This document shows positions 55,012 to 64,000 of a stretch of 64,000 nucleotides of DNA, in pieces. Source of the DNA: Mobula hypostoma (Eukaryota); NCBI RefSeq assembly GCF_963921235.1, contig NC_086097.1, positions 44,766,001 to 44,830,000 of the forward strand, in the 5' to 3' direction. Each line of letters opens with the position of its first letter. Position 1 is the first letter of the stretch. The translations under genes were made by a program, and so were the position numbers. The notes under the pieces were generated by a model. That model ran no database searches and was not told where the DNA came from. It saw nothing but the letters and a program-made list of their open reading frames with translations.

Positions 55012-55856
55012 TCACAAGATCACAAGACAAAGGAGCAGAAGTAGGCCATTCGGCCCATCGAGTCTGCTCCACCACTCCACCATGAGCTAAACTATTCTGC
55101 CACCTAGTTCCAATTTCTGGCTTTGTCCCCATATCCCTTGATACCCTGGCTAATTAGATACTAATCAATCTCCTCCTTAAACACCCTCAATGATCGGGCC
55201 TCCACAGCTGTATGTGGCAATGAATTCCACAAATCCACAACCCTCTGGCTAAAAAAATTTCTCCTCATCTCTGATTTAAATGGGTACCCTCTAATTTTAA
55301 GATTGTGGCCCCTTGTCCTGCATTCACCCACCAAGGGAAACAGCCTTTCCACATCTACTCTGTCCAACCCTTTCAACATTCAAAATGTTTCTATGAGATT
55401 CCCTCTCATTCTTCTATACTCTAATGAACACAGTCCAAGAGCCGACAAATGCTCCTCATATGTTAGCCCCTGCATTCCAGGAATCATCCTCGTAAATCTT
55501 CTCTGAACTCTCTCCAACATCAGAACATTCCTTCAGGGGGGCCCAAAACTGCACACAGTATTCCAAATGAGGTCTCACCAGTGTCCCATAAAGCCTCATC
55601 AACACCTCCTTACTCTTATACACTATTCCTCTTGAAATGAATGCCAACATAGCATTTGCTTTCCTTACTGCCGATCCAACCTGGTGGTTAACCTTTAGGG
55701 TATCCTGCACAAGGACCCCCAAGTCCCTTTGCACTTCCGATTTTTGAATTTTCTCCCCATCTAAATAATAATCTGCCCGATTAGTTCTTCTTCCAAAATG
55801 TACAACCATACATTTCTCAACATTGCATCTCATCTGCCATTTCTTTGCCCACTCTT
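55012..55856 (-). mobile_element. 5'-truncated, relatively young CR1 LINE
   Basis: ORFs 55161-55833 with RPHLEYCVQFWAP and tail (CACAAGAT)n. Confidence 0.92.
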
Positions 55857-56187
55857 GTGCATGGAATTCAGAACATTTAGGTGCCCACAGTTTATTCGTG
55901 CTGCCTCTGAATGTGCAAGATCAAAACCTACAAGAGAGAGTGAAGTTTGTTATTGAATGTTGTGTAAGGTGTTTGGCCTTTATGTTTATCATGGCAATGT
56001 ACGTAAGCTACGCATTATGGATGTGAGGTTTACAGCAGTGTTTGTTAGTGTGTGACGGAGAAAATGAATGAGTATAGATTGGTGGGCGTTGACCATAAGT
56101 TATAGAGCAATACAGCATAGATACAGATATATGCCAATAATGTAAATCATGATTCTGAGAGAACAGTATAGTTAGTACTGACTAGAC

Positions 56188-56798
56188 CAGGTGTGGTGAA
56201 ACTGGCACACATGCCCAAGGTGGCACACACAAAAACTTGGTTGGCATGAGGCATGCAGGGCTGCCTCTTGATTTTTTAAACCCTACCCATAAAATAAAGG
56301 TACATAATGATTATCCTAACTGCCAAATGAAGCAGAGAATGATTTTACAACCTGAGAGCAGTGAAAAATTTTCACAAGGAGCATCGTAAACTGGCTGTGA
56401 GAACACATGACATTGTATGATATATTTTGAAATCCTCACACACCTGGTGTACCTACCAGTATTTGGATAGTAAATGGTTACATTAGCAGTACTTTTTAGA
56501 AATGATAATAGTTTTCAAATGTCTTTTCAAAAGATTAATGTTAATAATTTTGAATAGATTTTCTAAAATGCTTCATTTATTTCAATTTGTCTGTTATACT
56601 TATATTAATAGTTAAACAGTCAATACACATAAATAAGTGATAGAACTCATTTCTTTCCTTAAAGTCTATAATTATTGTTACTAATTCATTAATCAATAGC
56701 AATCTCTGCTCAAAATTACCATGGCACTTAACAGTATGTTTTTCAGAATATTGTTGCTATTTTGAGTACATACTCTCAAAGAAGGTTCGCCACCCCTG
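56188..56798. mobile_element. hAT (Charlie-type) MITE
   Basis: TIRs CAGG(T/G)GTGG(T/C)GAA; 8-bp TSD GACTAG(A/G)C at 56180-56187 and 56799-56806. Confidence 0.82.
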
Positions 56799-57732
56799 GA
56801 CTAGGCCATTGAATTTATTATTTTCAGCATGTAATGTAAAAGTGGCGTGATAGTTTAATTTCAATCACAAGACAACAATTATTCATACATAGTAGCCCCC
56901 GTCTCCATAATCAGGGATATCAAATTTAGGCCACTAACTCCTCTGCCATGAGATAATGTGAACTATTGTAATGCCCATGGAAACACTGGCTCTACTATTA
57001 GCCTATCGTTGTGTACGAACACTGATAGCATTCATAGATCAAAATCCAGTGCAATACTGAAAGTATGTTGACCCACTAATATGTACCAACACTGTCAGCT
57101 CTACAGCTCAGTTGGTACGCAGAAACAAACAGAAGTAACATTTCTGTTTGTATCCAGCCCCAATGCTTACTCTTGGGCCCTCTTGTCATTTATATGTTCC
57201 TCTGCATTTCCATTCTCTTGTGAGCAACAACAAAAAAAGTTTCAACTTCTGAATGGCCTCTAGTGTTCCCTTAAGAACTGCTCAATGCCAGGTTTAACTA
57301 GACCAAGTGTGTATGTCACAAACCCTGTATATTTGCACATGGGCTTCAATCAGCATCCTATATTTGCTTAGAATTTGTAAATAGCCTCATGCCCATTTTT
57401 GGTGCTGGGCTGCCTAACCCTTTTAAATTCCTTGAGCATATAAGGGCTGATAAGATTCCCTCTCCCACTACCACACACTCTTCCTGATTAAATCCAAAAT
57501 GCTGGTCATCTGTTTCCTCCTGAAATGCAACTTTGTATTAAGTATCTCCCCAGGTACCTCTGCTCATTCCTATCTCTGTGCCCATATATAATTCTGATGC
57601 AAAACTTCATAATTATTTTCCCCTAGGTCTTTACCATTTTATTACTGTCCCTGAAATGATCCATAAGGAAATTGACTAAAGAAATAAAATTCAAGACAGC
57701 ACCATGCCCGAATAAGTTCAAGAGCTCCTCAC

Positions 57733-57791
57733 CAGACATGGAAGCCCGTCGATCTCTTTCCATTTGCTCATGTCGTTGTTCCATTATTTGC
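57733..57791 (-). CDS. EVL: EVL coding exon (QIMEQRHEQMERDRRASMS)
   Basis: tttag|G CAA...TCT G|gtgag; 59 nt, phase 2-1; keeps the RRxS PKA-type motif of EVL (RRTS). Confidence 0.9.
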
Positions 57792-59465
57792 CTAAAGAAG
57801 TTATTCAAAATAATTATCTACAGAATCCATTTAAGATGGAGGTGCAAAAGAAATTCAATTTTATTAACAAACAAAGTTTACCAGTTGCATAGCTTAAACT
57901 TAAATAAATGTAACAATGTAAAGCTAAATACACATCATTATAATATTGCTTAAATTCACTGCTTTGGGAATCACCAAAAAGAACAAAAATGACTTTGGGG
58001 AGATTATAATCTGGCTCACCATGTTAATCTTTATATAGGTGCGGTCTTAGCAAAGCCCCTAATGTTGTTTCTGAAACTGACATATCACAGGCTAGAATGC
58101 TAAAGCTTTTTATTTTAGGAAGTTGCATTATATAGTGGTATTTTCCGGATGTCATGCAATTGAAAATAATTTTTCCTTAAGAGTGAAATGTGATAATGGC
58201 AATTTCTGGCCTATTTTACATCAGACAAAAACGTGATACCTGGTTTGCACATTGTTTGTGTCATTCTCTATATAATGCATTGTGGGAGAACTGGACCACG
58301 CTATCCAAACAGTAACCATTCCAGGGCAGTACTAGGTCAAGTTGGTCCTCCTATCATAGTGTTCAACTGGGAAATCCATCAGATGTCTTTCTATCACCCT
58401 TTAGGCTATTGTCTTCATATGTTATATTCCCCACTCCTCACAATAGATCACATTTCACCCCCCCCCCCCACCCACCCACCCACCACACCAGCTCCAATCT
58501 CATGTCTTCCTAAGACCCTCAATCTACCGGATGTATTGATCTCACAACACCATCATGCTCTCAAAATCTACCCCTATTCTTCTCCAACCTATCTCATACT
58601 TGGTCTAATTGTCACCCTTCATCTTAAACTGCATGCTTTTGATGGTCCTGAAAATGTGACTTCCCCCCCTCCCCTTTCATTAGATCCAGCTGAAGCTTGC
58701 AGCTGGTGGGCAACTGTCATTGTTATTGATACTCCTTTATGGTGTACTAGAATTCCTAGGCTGAAATATCTTAAGGCAATGTATCATAATACATGATACA
58801 TGTTTCCAAAATTTAGCATTTTCATAAAATATTGATTATATTCTCAGATGGCCAGTTTCCAAGTCCAGTTGCCATGTTAAGCAGTTTTAGGCCCAAGCAA
58901 CCTGCATAGTCACTGGAAAAATATTCAGCACAACAGTGGAGAATTGAGAACAAAAGCAGAGTGAAAAATACCATAATTCTTCAGTTAGCCTTCAAATGTA
59001 ATAGAGTTAGTCCTAGTCAGCGGATGAATCAGTATATAGCATTATGTTTCATCATCTAAGTTTCAAGCGTATACTCATTGCAGGATGAAGAGCTGTCATA
59101 GTCATATTAAATTATACAGCTGTACTGTATGTTGAAAACAAAATAAAAATGTGCCCAGAATGTGATAAATTGAAAAAGTATTTTGTTTTCTGAAACAATA
59201 TATTTTAAGAACCTGTATCGGTCAGTTTGCAATACTTAAGTTACATAGTTTGTAAAATTTTTATTTATAAATGCTCATGTATCATTTTCTGTTGCACTGT
59301 TCTCCATCTGCAGCAGTTTTAAATTTCCCTGCTGTTAACAGCAATGATGTATTTCTTGTTTAAGTTAGTTATTTTACAAATATTTCTTATACATCACTCT
59401 TTCGTACAAAATATAAAAATCTCATTTTCAATAATCATACGGAAAATGTTTCAACTGCACCTTAC

Positions 59466-59535
59466 CTTCGCTGTGCTTCCTGATCTTCAGGGGGTGGCCC
59501 ATTCTGGACCTGAATTTGACGTTGCACCGCAGGAC
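59466..59535 (-). CDS. EVL: EVL coding exon immediately after the EVH1 domain (most 5' exon in window)
   Basis: tttag|GT CCT...CGA AG|gtaag; 70 nt, phase 1-2; (G)PAVQRQIQVQNGPPPEDQEAQR(R) resembles EVL GPSSQRQVQNGPSPDEMDIQRR. Confidence 0.9.
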
Positions 59536-59959
59536 CTAAAGGATCAAGTCAAAATGTTCATCTTTATTTTCATTTCTACAGTTGACAATAATTCAAAGGA
59601 GTATTCTAACATCAAAATGAAATGTAAAACCAGTCTTCAAATCTTTCAGTGGTGTTGTTTTCAAAATAGCATAGCTTCGATGGTAAAAGGAGTTCAGAGC
59701 ATGTAGTGCACAAGAGTGTGCAGACATAGAGGTCATGTGGATCTCTATGACATGGCTTTGTTTAAATAAGTGTTCCTGAAAACTGTTCAAATGCATTATC
59801 TAGCTGACGAGTGGGACCGTGAATTTATGGCAGATAAGCTGCACTTGGGAATTCATGAAAATGTTCCCTGTTCAATAGCCAGGAAGAGAAGGGATTCTGG
59901 GCAAGTGGGAACTGAGATGGTGAGAGGCTGGTACTGGGATTCTTCTCCTTTTGGATCAT

Positions 59960-60980
59960 ATCAAACTATAGAGTTACAGAGAAATCCAGAATGGATACAG
60001 GCCATTTGGCCCAACCAATCCATGCTGATCATAGTGCTCACCCAATTAGTCATAGCTTCCTGCGATGGCCCATCTCCCTCTAAGCTCCGCTCCTCATGCA
60101 TCTATCTAAAATTGTTCTATTATATCTGACTCAACTACAGCTTCAGCTGTTCCATTTACTCACCACCCTCTGCCTGAAAAGGTTGCCCCTCAAGACCCTT
60201 TCAAATCTGTCCCCTCTCACCTTAAATCTATTCTCCTTAGGTTTGGGCTCTTATACCCTGGGGAAAAGATTGTTATTGTCTACCTTATTTATACCTCTCA
60301 AAATTTTAAACATTTCTATAAGGTCGCACCTCATTCTCCTACATTCCAATAATGGCCATATTGTCCCTATAAGTCAGGCCCTCTCGTTCTGACAAAATCC
60401 TCTTAAATCTTTTCTGCACTCTTTCCAGTTTAAACACATCCTTCCTATAACAGGGTAACCAAAACTGCACATAGTACTTCAAGTTGTGGCCTCGCCAATG
60501 ACTTGTATATATTCTAAATATTCTAAAATCTCCTTGGTCTTCCTTGCCCCTGGGCTGCAGACTAACTCTGGTATATTAAAGTTATGTTATCAGAGAATGT
60601 AGAATAGTGCAGCACTGGACAGGACATTTATCCTATGACGTGGAGCTGATCTTGATGCCAATTTATACTAATTGCCCTGCTCCTGTGTATCATCCTTATC
60701 TCTCGGTTCCCTGCACATTATAAAAGCTTCTTAGATTCCACCGGACTGACTGATTCCACTACTACCACTGGTAACCTACTCTAGGCACCTACCACTCTCT
60801 GTGTATAAAAGAAATACGTGCCCTTCTTGTTGCCTTTAAACTTCCTTCCCTAACCTTAAAAGCCCGTCCTTGATCTTTGGCATTCCTTCCCTGAGGAAAA
60901 AAATTCTACCTGTCTACCTTTATTGTGTTTCTCATAATTTAAATAACCTCTATCAGGTCTCTCTCTCTGATGCTGTAGAG
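59960..60980 (-). mobile_element. Two old CR1 3' fragments (~59965-60505 and ~60592-60980, the latter resuming at 63952)
   Basis: CR1 3' UTR and RT C-terminal remnants. Confidence 0.65.
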
Positions 60981-63951
60981 CAGGGGTAGCAAATCTTTTT
61001 GAGAACGTGTGCCCAAATTGGCAATAATCTTTGAAAAAAATTCTCTCGCATACCATAGTAATTTTGAGCAGGGTTACTGATTAGGGACTTGTTAAAGGAA
61101 AAGGGATGAATGCGGTTTCTCATTTATGTATACTGTAGTCATGCTTTTATTATTAATAAAAAATAAGAGATTAAAATAAATGAAGCATTTTAGAAAAACT
61201 GTTCAGAAATCATTAATATTAATGTTTTAAAAAGATAATTAAAAAGAACATCACTTCTAAATAGTATTGTTATTGTACCTCATATATAACATAAGAACTA
61301 TGGATGTGAAATTATAAGCTTTGGTGTACATTCATAAAAGATCAAGGAAAGGAAAATAAAAGCACTTCACTCTCAGTGAGACTTTTGTTGCTGCACTAAA
61401 GATGACATTTTATATCCTGTTTGCATTTGGTTATTTTGAGAGCTATGCACATAGCACTAGTTTCATCATTAAATCTACTTCTATAATTAGACTTGGCCAA
61501 GTTCATTGAAAACAATGACTCACATGAATATGTCGATAAAAATACCGTAAATATTTGCCATTTCAAGATTTATCAGACAGTTAAAAGTTACAGGAATGGA
61601 ATTCTAGAGTTTTAGAACATTATTGTCTGGATTTTTATGCTTTTATCCAGTCATAATCAATTTCTTTTGATGTTTTCTGCTTTGTAAATCAATCATTTGC
61701 ATTTCAAAATTATCCAAATTAATCCACTGCAACATTTCAGAATTCAGTTTGTCAAATATTACACTGAAAAAGGATCTAGTGCTTTCCCAGTGTATATGAT
61801 GAATAGACTCTTCTTGGGCTTCAAGCCAGGTGCAGGTATCAACTATAACTGATGTTTCAATGAAGAAGAAACCAATGTTTTGATTCAAGAAGATGGCAGA
61901 GTTTGTCATCGAAACATTGGTTATAATTGATACCTGTACCTGGCTTGAAGCCCAAGAAGAGTTTACTCATCATATATTACACTGTTTGCATACTTCATGA
62001 ATTTTGCAGTTTCTTCAAATGGCCTGAATTTAATGAGTCTTTAAGAAAATTGTTCAGTAGTTGAACCAATGATGCCCAAAAATGCTCTGAATGTCTGTCT
62101 TTTCAGGAATTTCAATTGTCATGTTTTATCTAGGTTTGCAAAATATTCGGCACTATATTTAAATAAATCCAGTTTGATTTCAAGGGTTACATTATCAAAT
62201 ATAATATCAGGTGTTCTGCCTGATCCCTGCAACTGACGTTCAAGTCATTTAAATGTGAGGAGAAATCTGCAAAAAACATCAATCTACAAATATACACAAT
62301 GTCATATAATCCTTGTCAAAAAATGTTTTCATTCATCTAAGACAGGTGAATTTTATCCAAACATTCAATTCACCTAAGGACAGAATCTCCATTAAGTTAA
62401 CGAACATTGTTATACATAAGTAGTCCTATGTACACTGAATTCACCTTCCTTATTAAATTCAGAAATTGTTTATTTTTCAAAGCATGCCCAGAAATAAAAT
62501 TAATTTCCTTGGTTACAATTTTTCTTCTTCAAGTTCCTTAAGGCCAGATTTTGCTTGTACTATACAATGAAAGTCCATCAGTGGAAATTAGACTTGAAAA
62601 CAGATTGATTCAACCTGCCTCTTTATCAAACACGCTACATGCACCTTCAGCTGTCAGGCAATGTATTTTTGAAAGGTTAACTGTTGATCAGACAATTCTT
62701 TTACCACTACTTTAGATATTTCAAATGCTGTGGTGTGTGCAGGTAGCGTTACCAAGAAGACCAATTCTTCGCATATGTCATCATGCCTACAAAATCGAAC
62801 AATAATATCTACCCTAGCTCTCATCAAAACAAATGAAAAAAAAATACATGAACTAATATCTCATTTTAGAATCTAGGATTTTATTCTATATCTTATGGTC
62901 TTATGCTCTAATATCTTTTGTTAGTTGTTCTGCTAAGTTTGTTCTCTTCATTAATATTCTATCTTTTACTGTTTTCTGCTCACTGGCAAATTCCTAATGT
63001 GCTGAATAATTCTTATTTTTCTGGCAAAAGGCAAACCATCAAAAATGAAAGGAGCACACTCTAGCCATGATTATTCAAAATAATATTTCCCAACACTGAT
63101 GGATTTCCATGTTTCCATGTAGAGCTTTGAAACCTCAAAGCTAGCAGCAACTGAAATAAATGTCGACAAAATATTTGACCATATTTTTTGATGCTGATCT
63201 CTCAAGAAATGTGTTTTCTTTTTTAACTCTTGCTCACTTTTATCACAAAGCCATTTACGAACAGTTTCATAAAGCTGCTTTCACATCGCTGTTTCAGAAC
63301 ATAAGATTCAAAATGTTTCATTATCCTTTTTAATCATATCAAATCTTTCTCTCCACTACTCTTGAAACTCTGTTGCTTTTCCCGCCATTTGAATGTTTTT
63401 GGTTTTTGCTGGTGTATCTGACGTTCTGAACAAGTTTAAAAGGATAAACACAGTTTTAAAATATCACACAGGTAAACTTAAATAACATTTTATTATTAAT
63501 ATAATTATGTCTATTGTGTAAAAAGTAATTGTTCATTGAGGTACTAAACTATATACAATTTTTACCATTATTGTCACTGAATATCAGCTGTTCACTCACA
63601 AACAACAAAAGAAAAAAAATAATCAGAACGAAGCCAATGCAAACTGGCCCAACTATTTACTATCCAAGTACTGATGTATACACCAGGACTGTGAGGAATT
63701 TGCACATATCAGTCGATGTCACATGTTTCTGCAACCATCTGGTTGTTGCCAAGTTGGGATGAGATGTTTCCTGTGAAAACATATCACTGCTCTTCAGTTG
63801 TAAAAAAATTGTTGCTTGATTTGGCTGTAAAAATATTCAGCATGTACTTTTTTATTATAGGTGGGGTTTAAAGAATCGAAGGATGGCACTGCATGTCATA
63901 TGCCAACAAAACTTCTGTGTGTGCCATCTTGCCTTAGATTCACTAAACCTG
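60981..63951 (-). mobile_element. Degenerate ~3-kb hAT (Charlie-type) transposon
   Basis: Ends CAGGGGTAGCAAA...AACCTG; both subtermini match the MITE at 56188-56798; minus strand ~61550-61460 reads FLSTYSCESLFSMN...RSRFND (hAT dimerisation motif). Confidence 0.78.
61791..61982. mobile_element. Fold-back insertion of a second Penelope-like terminal family inside the hAT element
   Basis: ~70-bp inverted arms 61791-61863 and 61906-61981; a single related arm occurs at ~9300-9385. Confidence 0.6.
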
Positions 63952-64000
63952 CTCTAGGAAGAACAACCCAGGTTTGTCCAACCCTTCTTTATAGTTCATG

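Noticed and set aside
58233..58796. 187-aa Pro-rich plus-strand ORF
   Set aside because: Antisense intronic, low complexity, no recognisable domain or splice support
59536..64000. EVH1-domain exons or intronic miR-342
   Set aside because: No EVH1 peptide found here; miR-342 is a mammalian feature and no matching hairpin was recognised

Overview
Eukaryotic, AT-rich, repeat-dense genomic DNA, most likely from a cartilaginous fish (ray/shark-type CR1, HE1/V-SINE and Penelope repeats; the taxon is an inference). One host gene is visible: the 3' two-thirds of EVL (Ena/VASP-like) on the minus strand. I could splice it by hand from 12 GT-AG exons (59535 down to the stop at 19110) with consistent phases; the EVH1-domain exons lie beyond the right edge. 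The gene contains two frame-preserving cassette exons: an 876-nt Ser/Pro-rich exon resembling the neuronal Mena '+' insert, and a 66-nt homologue of the EVL-I insert. The rest is mostly transposon debris: many CR1 LINEs (one near full length with an esterase ORF1), a fragmented BEL/Pao element hosting nested insertions, two Gypsy fragments, hAT elements, Tc1/Tigger fragments, a rearranged Sleeping Beauty-like Tc1 with two right ends, and several fold-back Penelope-like elements with target-site duplications and minimal hammerhead ribozyme motifs. Most short ORFs in the track are TE fragments or spurious. Family assignments and protein comparisons come from recalled sequences, not database searches, and TE boundaries are approximate unless a TSD or TIR is given.
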